Assembly: GCA_030651515.1 (NCBI GenBank)
Contig: JAUSEO010000026.1
Coordinates: 1 to 44,768 of the forward strand
Origin: an archaeon
Lineage (GTDB): Archaea; Iainarchaeota; Iainarchaeia; Iainarchaeales; GW2011-AR10
Direction of reading: 5' to 3'
Length of the DNA stretch: 44,768 nucleotides
Shown: piece by piece, positions 15,858 through 24,804 of the stretch
Layout: every line of letters begins with the position of its first letter
How positions within the stretch are numbered: the first letter of the stretch is position 1
The notes under the pieces: model-generated
Told to the model about the DNA's origin: nothing
The model's input: the letters and a program-made list of their open reading frames with translations, nothing else
The model's database searches: none
Program-made: the position numbers and the translations under genes

Positions 15858-18623
15858 GTGTCCTTGGAAGAAAACAGCCTTGTCAAGACAATCCTACTTC
15901 TTGGCGCAATTTTATTCGGAGTCATCTTGATCATAGGCGCCATAATGCTGCTTGTCTTCCAAAAACCCGCAACTCCAACTACGTTCTGCGGGGACGGAAA
16001 AATCAACGACGAGGAACACTGCGAAGGCTCTTCCTTGCAGGGCTTCACCTGCATGGATTTCGGGTTAAGCGGCGGCACTCTTTCCTGTGGCAGCGGCACC
16101 TGCAAGTTTGACCTCTCAAAGTGCGAGCGCGAAAACATCCTGGACCCTGATGACAACCAGCCACAGCCTACGGAGGGATTGTGCATTTCTTTTGACGGCC
16201 TGACAGGCAAAACAGGCGCAGAGGCCGCACCACGCATGGCAACGTCGTGGGACTGGAGTGGCGCAAACAATTGCTTTATCGGGCTTGAAACCCAGGAGAA
16301 AGAACTTGGCGGGGTTAGTTATTGCGACTCGGCGCAGTTTGTCATACGCGTGTTTGAGGAACTGGAAAAAATGGAAACCAGCAAAGAGGCATCCAAGACT
16401 TTTTTCGCTGCACTGATAGCCGACGGCGTTTCTGAGGACTTCCGCAAGGACTTCTACCATTATTACAAGGAGCTCGCGTTTTTCGACCCGCCGTCTTTTT
16501 TCCTTGAAAACGCGCAAATCATCCTCGAAGAGGAACTGCTAGTGTTTGAACCACAACAGGTTGAAGAACCGGGGATTTACGAGGTCACGATAAGGCAGGA
16601 TGGCGCAAGTATTGTAGTGGAAATGAAACTTTTCAATAAGCCAATAAACCCGAGTGCGTTTTACTATTTTCCAATCGACGGCGAACTTGGGCTGAACAGG
16701 AGGGAGGATGAGACGCAACCGGACCGCGTTGGCTATGGCACGGGTTTTTCAGGTGACACATTCGTGTTTGGCGGTGTTACAATAGACCAAAATGTCATCT
16801 CGACAAACAGAAACGTTTCAGTGAGGAAAATAAATTCCTTTTTTGAGGCAAATGTTGAAAAAAGGGGCTATGCCCTGGACCTCGACCTTGAAAAAGGGAC
16901 ACTTGACGTTTACGCGTCAACCCCAAACGGCATAATGATTGACTTTAGCACTCTTGAAGGAGACGCAAAAAGGCTTGGGGCGCCTTTTTACCTCATAAAC
17001 GGTGACACCAAGGAAATAATGGCCGTGCCGCAGAATGTTTCCGAGTGGCGTTTTTTGTACTCCAAAAACCACTGCAGTGAAAAAGAAGCGCCTTTTCTGG
17101 GCAAAACATTCACGGACACGGTGCTTGAAAACAATGAATGCTTTACGGCAACCGGCCCTAGTTCAGTGGCTTATCCAAGCGTTTTAAGCGAGTTTGGGGG
17201 TCCGAACGCGGACGCGGTCATCGGAACCGTGATTTATGCAACCGACAGGTTTGTCCTACAGGGGGATTGCGGGACAAAAATCATCAGCCCAGAGGAAAGC
17301 CCGGAGCCTGGCAACAGCGCGTTCATCAACCACGTGGCAGTGGAAAATGACGTGGAATTCGGGAAAATTTCTCTTGGCGAGAAATGCATTTACGATGAAC
17401 CCCAAGGCAAAAAAGCCGTCGTGTTCTGGAATGAAAACCACGTTTTGAATGATTTTCCAACCTGCTCCAACTGCGCTTGTGTAAGCGACGAACTCGTATC
17501 AAGGATAATCGCAACAGGCTCAAAGCAGGAAGTGGTATACCCCGGTGTTTCGGTTTCTTTCTGGGTGCAGTTTGACGTGCGGTCCCCGATTTCACAGGCC
17601 GACATCGAGCTGTTTGTAAAAAAGCCTGACGGGAAAGAAATACGGGAAAGCCTGTCTTTTTTTGACAACGGTTCAAGCAACGATTTTGCGTACAACGACG
17701 GGATTTACGGCTCAACAATACCCGAGGGTTTCAAAGAGACGGGGGAGTATTATTTTTACTTCCGGGCAAAGGACGTTTACGGGAATGAAATGGAAAGCAA
17801 ACCAGCGGTGTTGCGGGTTGTTGAAAGGTCCGCGTGCGAAATAATACACTTTGGGGGAGAACTTGACAAACAATTGAACATTTTCATTGTCGGGGATAAC
17901 TGGGCGGAAAACCCTAGTGATTACTTGAACGAGGCAGTCGAGGCAAAAAACGGTTTTTTGAAAACACCCCCAGTGGACTCTTACCAAGGCGCGATTAACA
18001 TCATCACCATAAATGGGCCAGCGGACCTGGGTTGCACTGAAAGCGATAGGTATGCAGCCGGTCAGGTGGGCGGGGAAATACGTTATATCCGGGCGCTTAG
18101 GTGCGACGCTGAAAAAGTAGTGGCTGCGGCTGTTTCATGCGGCCTGCCATTCAAGGCAAGGGACGGGCCATTTGGGGACAAGGTGCTTGTCCTTTCCCAA
18201 ACAGGCACTGGATATAACCCTGCGCGTTTTGTCTCGAATGCTGACTTGTCAGGCCACATTGCAAGGGCGGGTGTTTTCCAAAACGACAGGTCACCCCAGG
18301 CACAAAGAACTGCAGTGCACGAACTGGGGCACACTTTTGGGTTGCTGGATTATTACTGGGACTTTGTCGGAGAGGCACTCGGCATAGAGTGGGACAATGG
18401 TTTTGCATGCATGAACAAAGAGGAAACAAACTGCATAATGTGCAACCTGGCTGAAAGTTCAAGGCAGGCTTATGACTGCACCACCACTTACAGGGACAAG
18501 TGCAACCTGTCAATCGACCAAGAGGAAGCTGAAGCGCCTTTCGGCATCTGCCCTGACAACCAGAAAGAATTAAACGATTATGAATACATGCAGGATTTTT
18601 TCTCAAAGCTTGAGGAGAGGTGA
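15858..18623 (+). CDS. Large membrane-anchored/secreted protein with a Cys-rich CGDG repeat and a C-terminal M64-like HEXXH zinc-metallopeptidase domain
   Basis: N-terminal TM (ILLLGAILFGVILIIGAIMLLVF). CGDGKINDEEHCEGSS...C repeat. NIFIVGDNWAE...AVHELGHTFGLLDYYW resembles peptidase M64. Confidence 0.7.
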   Translation: MSLEENSLVKTILLLGAILFGVILIIGAIMLLVFQKPATPTTFCGDGKINDEEHCEGSSLQGFTCMDFGLSGGTLSCGSGTCKFDLSKCERENILDPDDNQPQPTEGLCISFDGLTGKTGAEAAPRMATSWDWSGANNCFIGLETQEKELGGVSYCDSAQFVIRVFEELEKMETSKEASKTFFAALIADGVSEDFRKDFYHYYKELAFFDPPSFFLENAQIILEEELLVFEPQQVEEPGIYEVTIRQDGASIVVEMKLFNKPINPSAFYYFPIDGELGLNRREDETQPDRVGYGTGFSGDTFVFGGVTIDQNVISTNRNVSVRKINSFFEANVEKRGYALDLDLEKGTLDVYASTPNGIMIDFSTLEGDAKRLGAPFYLINGDTKEIMAVPQNVSEWRFLYSKNHCSEKEAPFLGKTFTDTVLENNECFTATGPSSVAYPSVLSEFGGPNADAVIGTVIYATDRFVLQGDCGTKIISPEESPEPGNSAFINHVAVENDVEFGKISLGEKCIYDEPQGKKAVVFWNENHVLNDFPTCSNCACVSDELVSRIIATGSKQEVVYPGVSVSFWVQFDVRSPISQADIELFVKKPDGKEIRESLSFFDNGSSNDFAYNDGIYGSTIPEGFKETGEYYFYFRAKDVYGNEMESKPAVLRVVERSACEIIHFGGELDKQLNIFIVGDNWAENPSDYLNEAVEAKNGFLKTPPVDSYQGAINIITINGPADLGCTESDRYAAGQVGGEIRYIRALRCDAEKVVAAAVSCGLPFKARDGPFGDKVLVLSQTGTGYNPARFVSNADLSGHIARAGVFQNDRSPQAQRTAVHELGHTFGLLDYYWDFVGEALGIEWDNGFACMNKEETNCIMCNLAESSRQAYDCTTTYRDKCNLSIDQEEAEAPFGICPDNQKELNDYEYMQDFFSKLEER

Positions 18624-18636
18624 AAGATTGAAAAAA

Positions 18637-19344
18637 ATGCTGTTGTTTGCGGTTTTTCTTTCAGTGGTTGTTTTTGCACAGTCACAGGAAAAAGTCCTGA
18701 TTGTTTCAATAATGTTCAACGAGGGGCAGATGTCGTTTGGCAATGCCTTTACACAAAAAGGAGTGTATGCCTCGGAGATGAACGATGGCACTGTAAGTGG
18801 AAAAATTTATTCAGTCGAGGGAGATGAAGTGTTTTCCTTCAAATTTGAGCCAAATAATAAGATTGTTGTGGAAGATTTAGGAGTCATAGAAGAAGGGAGT
18901 TTCAAGGAAGTCCTTGTTTTGCCATATTATGAGAATGCTGAAAAAATCGTTTTCTTCAACGAAGAGACTGGGCAAGAGATAGTTGTTCCAATAGCGTTTT
19001 TGTCAAAACTCTGCGGAAACAAAACCTGTGATGCTTCAGAAGCATTTGGAAACTGCCCCTCCGACTGTCCAAGCGGGGGGCAGGACAGTTATTGTGACAG
19101 GGAAAATGACGGTGTTTGTGACCCCGACTGCGACCCCAAGTTGTTTGACTCTGACTGCCAACAACCAAGCGATGCAGGGCTTTCAGAACAAAAAGTTGAT
19201 GAAATCGTAAGGCAAAAAACCGGGCAAAAGGAAAGCAAAGTGGAAAGTTTTCCAATTGAGATGCTTGGCATTGGAATTGCCGCGATTATGGTTTTAATAG
19301 TTTTAGGCTTCATTTTTTTAAGGAAAAAAACAGGCAATGAGTGA
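18637..19344 (+). CDS. Secreted protein with a Cys/Asp-rich segment and a C-terminal TM anchor
   Basis: Signal MLLFAVFLSVVVFAQS. CGNKTCDASEAFGNCPSDCPSGGQDSYCDRENDGVCDPDCDP. C-terminal GIGIAAIMVLIVLGFIFLRKK. Confidence 0.65.
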   Translation: MLLFAVFLSVVVFAQSQEKVLIVSIMFNEGQMSFGNAFTQKGVYASEMNDGTVSGKIYSVEGDEVFSFKFEPNNKIVVEDLGVIEEGSFKEVLVLPYYENAEKIVFFNEETGQEIVVPIAFLSKLCGNKTCDASEAFGNCPSDCPSGGQDSYCDRENDGVCDPDCDPKLFDSDCQQPSDAGLSEQKVDEIVRQKTGQKESKVESFPIEMLGIGIAAIMVLIVLGFIFLRKKTGNE

Positions 19345-19349
19345 AAAAA

Positions 19350-19805
19350 ATGGTTTTTGGTTTTGGCGAGGGAAAAATAGAAATCAGGCTTGAGAAAACA
19401 ATGTTTGCGCCCGGTGAGGTGATTCGCGGGAAAATCGTGCTTTCTTTGAACAACCCAAAACAGGCGCGCAGGCTGAGGCTTGTCTTCACTGGAATTGACA
19501 AAGTCACTGAAAGGGCAACCATGGGCAGCAGGCCCTCCACGAGGACAACTGACAGGGTGTTCCACTCATTTGCAGTGGACCTTGACGGGGAAAAAGAATA
19601 CAATGGAACACTGGAGTATGACTTTGAAATCGCGGTCCCGAATATCCCGCAGGCAGCCATGCCTGAAGGAATACTTGGGACTGCACTGGCCGCGGCAAGC
19701 CTTTTATCCGGAAACGTCAGGGGAAGGGAATGGGTTTTGAATGCCTCGCTTGACTGCCCGGGCTTTGACATAAACCGAAAAGTGCAGATACAGGTTAACC
19801 AATAG
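19350..19805 (+). CDS. Spo0M/arrestin-N-like protein
   Basis: GFGEGKIEIRLEKTMFAPGEVIRGKIVLSLNNPKQARRLRLVFTG resembles the Spo0M family N-terminus. A GTG at 19341 is an alternative start. Confidence 0.5.
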   Translation: MVFGFGEGKIEIRLEKTMFAPGEVIRGKIVLSLNNPKQARRLRLVFTGIDKVTERATMGSRPSTRTTDRVFHSFAVDLDGEKEYNGTLEYDFEIAVPNIPQAAMPEGILGTALAAASLLSGNVRGREWVLNASLDCPGFDINRKVQIQVNQ

Positions 19806-20004
19806 GTTTCAGTTTTAGTTCCCTTATTTTTTGTTTTCCGTTTTTTGTCTTTGCAAGCCTTTGATAAAAAAGATTAGCGTTTTCAATCTGCGCATTGATG
19901 AATGGAGTGAGCTGGCGCTGACAGTTCCTCATGTCTTGCTTGCACTTCAACGCCCACCATTCAATGTGGTCAAAAAGTTTTTTCACCTTCATTTCAGCCG
20001 CCAA
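19795..20004 (-). CDS. Small ORF (69 aa) coupled to the upstream nucleotidyltransferase-fold gene
   Basis: Its start overlaps the stop region of the 19994-20563 gene by 11 nt. It fills the otherwise empty 19806-19993 gap. No recognisable motif. Confidence 0.3.
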   Translation of the reverse strand: MAAEMKVKKLFDHIEWWALKCKQDMRNCQRQLTPFINAQIENANLFYQRLAKTKNGKQKIRELKLKPIG

Positions 20005-20563
20005 GCCTGTATTTTTTTACGAGTTTTTTCAGTTCACCGATTTTTTTCTCATCAAGTTTTTCAGAGTAAATTATCCTCAAATGCCTTCCATCTTCAAGGT
20101 CCTTTGGGCTTTTCAGCAGTTCTTCTTTGAAAGCAATGTTTGTTTCAATGCTTGAAAAATAAAATGGAAGATTGGTTAAAGGGAGTTTTACTCTTTCAAC
20201 TATTTGTTTTTCGTCAAGCGCGTCTTTTGCAAACTTTACCCCCATTTCCGGGATAAACTGGTTCTTTCTTGTATAACGCAAGGCCATGTTTTCACTCAGG
20301 TAATCGTTAAACAAATCCAAGGGGTTTGCCCCCTGAATGCATTCAAAACCAGATTTTAAGAGGTCATTGTGTAGTTGTTTGAAGTTTTCAAAAAAAAGCT
20401 TTTCAATAATAAGGTCAATGTCTTCTGTGCCCCTGCTCCGCCCATGGAAAATAGCGACAAACCCAGAGACAATAACATATTTTACTTTGTTTTTGTCCAC
20501 GACTTGTATGAAGTCTTCGACAAACTTGTTCAGGATATTTTTGTCTTTTATCTGCCTTTCCAT
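19994..20563 (-). CDS. Nucleotidyltransferase-fold protein (MNT/AbiEii-like)
   Basis: VSGFVAIFHGRSRGTEDIDLII matches the G[SR]-x(n)-D-x-D minimal NTase motif. One of the few - strand genes, in an A+T-rich stretch. Confidence 0.55.
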   Translation of the reverse strand: MERQIKDKNILNKFVEDFIQVVDKNKVKYVIVSGFVAIFHGRSRGTEDIDLIIEKLFFENFKQLHNDLLKSGFECIQGANPLDLFNDYLSENMALRYTRKNQFIPEMGVKFAKDALDEKQIVERVKLPLTNLPFYFSSIETNIAFKEELLKSPKDLEDGRHLRIIYSEKLDEKKIGELKKLVKKYRLGG

Positions 20564-20668
20564 TAAATAGAATGGCTTTAAAACTGTTTAAATTGGTTTT
20601 GGAAATGAGCTTTGACATAAACAAAAAGGTACAAATACAGGTAACTGCTTAGTAATTAATGTGGAAAA

Positions 20669-21202
20669 ATGCGGAAAGTTGCCTTGATTTTTTTACTGGG
20701 GCTTGCCTTGAATGTTTTTGCAGGTCCGCTTGGCCAAGTGGATATAAGGGTTGAAACTTTCAAGCAATACCCTGGTGAAGAGTCAAGTGTTTTTTACCAG
20801 GACAATGAAATATTCACCGAGATTACAGTTATTAACAATTCTTCCACTAGCCTTGAACTGGAGGTTAATTATGAACTTGACTCTGCGGAGGGGGAATTTG
20901 GGGCTATTCAAAGAAGCAAGCAATTAAGTGTGCCTGCAAAGGAATCACGTTCTTTTTCCGACTTGTTCCAGGTGCCGATGGGAGAGGGGATTGCTTCAGG
21001 GACGTTTATAGTAAAAGCCAGTGCAAAAGAGGAAAACCAAAACCTAGGCCAGGGGGGTTCTGTGACCGGGGACGCGTTTATAACCATTTTTTCAGGAAAC
21101 GGGAATGGCGAGGCATTAAATGTGGATGAAACCGGTTTTTTTCTTCTGCCAATAATCGGGTTTATGGCTCTTTTTTTACTCAAAAAAAAGGATTCTTTTT
21201 GA
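20669..21202 (+). CDS. Secreted beta-rich protein with a C-terminal TM anchor
   Basis: Signal MRKVALIFLLGLALNVFAG. C-terminal FFLLPIIGFMALFLLKKK. Confidence 0.6.
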   Translation: MRKVALIFLLGLALNVFAGPLGQVDIRVETFKQYPGEESSVFYQDNEIFTEITVINNSSTSLELEVNYELDSAEGEFGAIQRSKQLSVPAKESRSFSDLFQVPMGEGIASGTFIVKASAKEENQNLGQGGSVTGDAFITIFSGNGNGEALNVDETGFFLLPIIGFMALFLLKKKDSF

Positions 21203-21275
21203 ATGCCTTTAAAAACCTTGCCGCGGGTAAAATCAGTATATTCCAGAGCTTTTGAGCCTATTTGGCCTTGTTTTT

Positions 21276-21304
21276 AAGCCTGTGATGTTTTTTAACGGAG
21301 GTTT
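21276..21304 (+). promoter_or_regulatory. Kink-turn (C/D-like) hairpin in the rpl7ae 5' leader, overlapping the GGAGG ribosome-binding site
   Basis: AAGCC-TGT-GA-TG-[TTTTTTAA]-CG-GA-GGTTT gives a C-stem AAGCC/GGTTT, a 3-nt bulge, tandem G.A/A.G, then U.G and G-C pairs. The ATG is at 21311. Confidence 0.55.
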
Positions 21305-21310
21305 TGTTTT

Positions 21311-21691
21311 ATGGCGCAGTTTGTCAAATTCAGTGTCCCAAAAGAGCTTGCAGAAAAGCAATTGGGGATAATTGAGAAAGTCAAAAAGACCGGAAAGCTC
21401 CGCATAGGGAGCAATGAGGTCACAAAAGCCATTGAGCGCGGCACAGCAAAGCTTGTTTTTATTGCCGAGGACGTCAGCCCGCCGGAAATAGTAATGCACA
21501 TCCCCATATTGTGCACTGAAAAAAATGTTCCTTTTTCTTACGTTTCAACAAAAAAAGAGCTTGGAGAAAAGCTTGGATTGAAAGCTTCAGCTTCTTCCGT
21601 TGCAATCGTGAACGAAGGGGCTTCAAAAAAGGAAATCGAGGACTTGGCGAAAAAGCTTTCGGAACTCAAAAGTCCAGAACCCAAAAAGTGA
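21311..21691 (+). CDS. rpl7ae: 50S ribosomal protein L7Ae
   Basis: VPKELAEKQLGIIEKVKKTGKLRIGSNEVTKAIERGTAKLVFIAEDVSPPEIVMHIPILC. Confidence 0.9.
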   Translation: MAQFVKFSVPKELAEKQLGIIEKVKKTGKLRIGSNEVTKAIERGTAKLVFIAEDVSPPEIVMHIPILCTEKNVPFSYVSTKKELGEKLGLKASASSVAIVNEGASKKEIEDLAKKLSELKSPEPKK

Positions 21692-21697
21692 TGACTC

Positions 21698-21904
21698 ATG
21701 GATAGGGGAACGCCGGCAGAAGTTGTGGAAATAATCCAGCGCACTGGAGTGTACGGGGAAATCGTGCAAGTGCTCTGCAAAATCCTTGAAGGCCCTGAAC
21801 AGGGAAGGGTAAAGCGGAGAAACATCAAGGGCAGCGTGAAAAAAGGCGACATCATTGTTCTTTTAAGCACTGAAAGGGAAGCCAAAGAAATAAAGGCAAG
21901 GTAA
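21698..21904 (+). CDS. rps28e: 30S ribosomal protein S28e
   Basis: [41 protein letters not shown]. Confidence 0.9.
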   Translation: MDRGTPAEVVEIIQRTGVYGEIVQVLCKILEGPEQGRVKRRNIKGSVKKGDIIVLLSTEREAKEIKAR

Positions 21905-21919
21905 AAAAAGTGATTCCGG

Positions 21920-22120
21920 ATGGCAAAGTGTTCTTTTTGTGGAAACGAGCTTGAGCGCGGCACAGGGAAAATTTTTGTAAAAAAGGAAGGAAGCATTTCT
22001 TTTTTTTGTTCACGCAAGTGCGAAAAAAACCTGCACAAGCTTGGAAGAAACCCCCAGAAGGTAAGGTGGACAGAAAAATACAGGAAAGTAAAGGAAACTC
22101 TTTTGAAAAGCAAAAAATGA
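21920..22120 (+). CDS. rpl24e: 50S ribosomal protein L24e
   Basis: [37 protein letters not shown]. Confidence 0.9.
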   Translation: MAKCSFCGNELERGTGKIFVKKEGSISFFCSRKCEKNLHKLGRNPQKVRWTEKYRKVKETLLKSKK

Positions 22121-22131
22121 AGTGTGGTTAA

Positions 22132-22602
22132 ATGGCAATGGAGAAAACGCTTGTAATCATAAAGCCTGATGCACTGAACCGCTCAATTGTCGGGGAAATA
22201 ATTTCGCGCTTTGAAAAAAAAGGCCTGAAAATCGCTGCAATGAAAATGCAGAAGCTTCACGAGGAAAAACTCCGCGAGCACTACGCAAAGCACAGGGACA
22301 AGGCTTTTTTCCAGGATCTCGTAAAATACATGAGTTCAATTCCATCCGTCCTCGTTGTGCTTGAGGGAAAGGAAGCAGTTGAAGTTGTAAGGAAAATGAC
22401 GGGGCACACCGTTGGAAGAAAGGCAGAGCCTGGGACAATTAGAGGCGACTATTCGATGTCTGTTCAGTTAAACATCGTGCATGCATCTGACTCTGTCGAA
22501 GAAGCAAAAAAGGAAGTCGCTCGCTTTTTTTCGGAAGGTGAAATCCAGCATTATTCAAAGCTTGATTTTGACTGGGTTTACTCAAACGACGAAAAAAAGT
22601 GA
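22132..22602 (+). CDS. ndk: Nucleoside diphosphate kinase
   Basis: EKTLVIIKPDALNRSIVGEIISRFEKKGLKI...GTIRGDYS...NIVHASDS. Confidence 0.9.
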   Translation: MAMEKTLVIIKPDALNRSIVGEIISRFEKKGLKIAAMKMQKLHEEKLREHYAKHRDKAFFQDLVKYMSSIPSVLVVLEGKEAVEVVRKMTGHTVGRKAEPGTIRGDYSMSVQLNIVHASDSVEEAKKEVARFFSEGEIQHYSKLDFDWVYSNDEKK

Positions 22603-22608
22603 CCACCA

Positions 22609-23040
22609 TTGGACGTTCTGCTGAGAAAAACTGATGATTCTGCGCGCGTGCCTGCTTTTGCACACGAGGGTGACTCCGGCCTTGACATTTATTCCCTTGA
22701 GGACACGGAATTAAAGCCGCTTGAACGAAAGCTTGTCCGAACAGGCATAAGCATTGAAATGCCGCATGGAGTGGAAGCACAGGTTCGGCCAAAGTCAGGG
22801 CTTGCACTGGAGCATGGCATAACGCTTCTGAACACGCCTGGAACGATTGACAGTTCTTACCGCGGGGAAATAAAGGTGCTCATGATTAACCTTGGAGACA
22901 AGACTTACAGGGTAGGGAAAAACAAAAAGATTGCACAACTCGTGTTTGCACGCGTGGAAAAGCCCCGCATAGTTGAAGTTGGCTCGTTGTCTGACACGAC
23001 CAGAAAAGACGGCGGGTTTGGCTCCACTGGCTTAGATTAA
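22609..23040 (+). CDS. dut: dUTP diphosphatase (trimeric dUTPase)
   Basis: HEGDSGLDIYS...NTPGTIDSSYRGEIKVLMINLG...RKDGGFGSTG. Non-ATG start. Confidence 0.85.
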   Translation: MDVLLRKTDDSARVPAFAHEGDSGLDIYSLEDTELKPLERKLVRTGISIEMPHGVEAQVRPKSGLALEHGITLLNTPGTIDSSYRGEIKVLMINLGDKTYRVGKNKKIAQLVFARVEKPRIVEVGSLSDTTRKDGGFGSTGLD

Positions 23041-23052
23041 GTGATTTTTTTT

Positions 23053-24804
23053 ATGATTCGAAAACCAATCATCACAGTGCTTGGGCACGTTGACTCGGGA
23101 AAAACAAGCCTGCTTGACTCAATCAGGGGAACTGCTGTCTCGAAAAAAGAAGCCGGCGGCATCACCCAGCACATTGGGGCAACGGAAGTCCCGATTGCAT
23201 TGGTGAAAAACCTTGCAGGAAAACTCCTGGAAAAATACAAGTTCAACCTCGCCATACCCGGACTCTTGTTCATTGACACGCCGGGGCATGAAGCATTCAC
23301 TAACCTGCGCAAACGCGGCGGGAGCATTGCTGACCTCGCGATTCTTGTCGTTGACATAAACAAGGGCCTTGAAAAGCAGTCAATTGAAGCAATTGACATC
23401 CTGCGCGGGTTCAAAACCCCGTTCATTGTTGTTGCAAACAAGGTTGACACTATCAAGGGCTGGCAGCCAAATGAGGGTTCTGTTTCTGAGTCGTTAAAAG
23501 ACCAGCACCCGAATGTTCTTGTGGAGCTTGACAAAAAAATTTACGAACTTGTCGGACAGCTTCACTCGCATGGATTTGTTTCAGAGCGTTTTGACAACGT
23601 CAAGGACTTTACAAAAGAAATCTCAATCATTCCAGCCAGCGCAAAAAAACGCGAGGGATTGCCGGAGATTCTTTTGTTCCTGGCAGGCTTGAGCCAGAGG
23701 TATCTTGAAAAAAAACTGGAGGCACACCAGTCTGACAAGGCAAGGGGGACAGTGCTTGAAGTCAAAGATGAAAATGGAATAGGGAAAACAATTGACGTGA
23801 TTCTTTACGAGGGAAAGCTTGTCGTCGGCGAAGAAATAGTTGTAGGCGGGAAAAATGGCGCGATTGAAACACGCGTGCGTGCTCTCCTTGAACCAACGCC
23901 GTTTTCGGAGAGGAAAAACAGTTCTGACCTGTTCCGCAGCGTGAAAGAGGTTTTTTCCGCGTCCGGGGTGAAAGTGAGTGCGCCAGGGCTTGAGGAAGCG
24001 CTTGCAGGGGCACCCGTGCGCGCAAAGACACCCCAGGCGGTTAAAGAGGTTTCAGAGGAACTCAAAAACATCATTGTTGACTCGCAGACAAACGGCATTG
24101 TAGTCAAGGCAGATACTCTTGGGTCCCTTGAAGCCTTGTCGGTTTTGCTTGCACAAAAGGGAATCACAATAAGAAAGGCCGGCATTGGGGTTGTCTCCAA
24201 GCGGGACTTCATGGAGGCGGCTGCCGTGCACCAAAAAGACCCTTACAAGGGAGTGATTTTTGCGTTTAACGTGGAAATTGACCCGGAAGTGCCACTGGAA
24301 GCCGAAAAAAAGGGCATAAAAATTTTTGCAAGCAACATTATTTACAGGATTCTGGAGGACTATTCTAAGTGGGTGCAGGAGGAAAAGGAACGGCAGAAAA
24401 ACCAGAAGATGACCTTTGCAATCACCCCTTTCAGGGTAAGGGTTCTCCCAAACCACGTTTTCAGGGCCTCAAAGCCAGCCGTTGTGGGAGTAAAGGTTGA
24501 AGCCGGAAAACTGAAACCCGGCGTTGCCCTTGCAAGAAACGGGGAAAAAGTGGGCACGGTGCGGGAAATCCAGTCACATGGAAAAAACATGCCAGAAGCA
24601 TTAAGTGGAAGCGAGGTTGCAATCTCCATTGAGGGGGGAGTATTCGGGAAAAACTTTGCAGAAAACGACGAGCTTTTTCCTTTTCTTTCAAAAAGGCAGT
24701 TGGAGCTTTTGGAGGAACTGAAGGGCTTTCTGAATGACGAGGAACTTGAAGTGCTTGAAGAGATTAAACAAAAACAGCAAAAAAACAATGAGGAGGGAGA
24801 ATAA
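23053..24804 (+). CDS. infB: Translation initiation factor aIF5B (IF-2)
   Basis: RKPIITVLGHVDSGKTSLLD...FIDTPGHEAF...VVANKVD GTPase motifs, about 585 aa. A GTG at 23041 is an alternative start. Confidence 0.9.
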   Translation: MIRKPIITVLGHVDSGKTSLLDSIRGTAVSKKEAGGITQHIGATEVPIALVKNLAGKLLEKYKFNLAIPGLLFIDTPGHEAFTNLRKRGGSIADLAILVVDINKGLEKQSIEAIDILRGFKTPFIVVANKVDTIKGWQPNEGSVSESLKDQHPNVLVELDKKIYELVGQLHSHGFVSERFDNVKDFTKEISIIPASAKKREGLPEILLFLAGLSQRYLEKKLEAHQSDKARGTVLEVKDENGIGKTIDVILYEGKLVVGEEIVVGGKNGAIETRVRALLEPTPFSERKNSSDLFRSVKEVFSASGVKVSAPGLEEALAGAPVRAKTPQAVKEVSEELKNIIVDSQTNGIVVKADTLGSLEALSVLLAQKGITIRKAGIGVVSKRDFMEAAAVHQKDPYKGVIFAFNVEIDPEVPLEAEKKGIKIFASNIIYRILEDYSKWVQEEKERQKNQKMTFAITPFRVRVLPNHVFRASKPAVVGVKVEAGKLKPGVALARNGEKVGTVREIQSHGKNMPEALSGSEVAISIEGGVFGKNFAENDELFPFLSKRQLELLEELKGFLNDEELEVLEEIKQKQQKNNEEGE

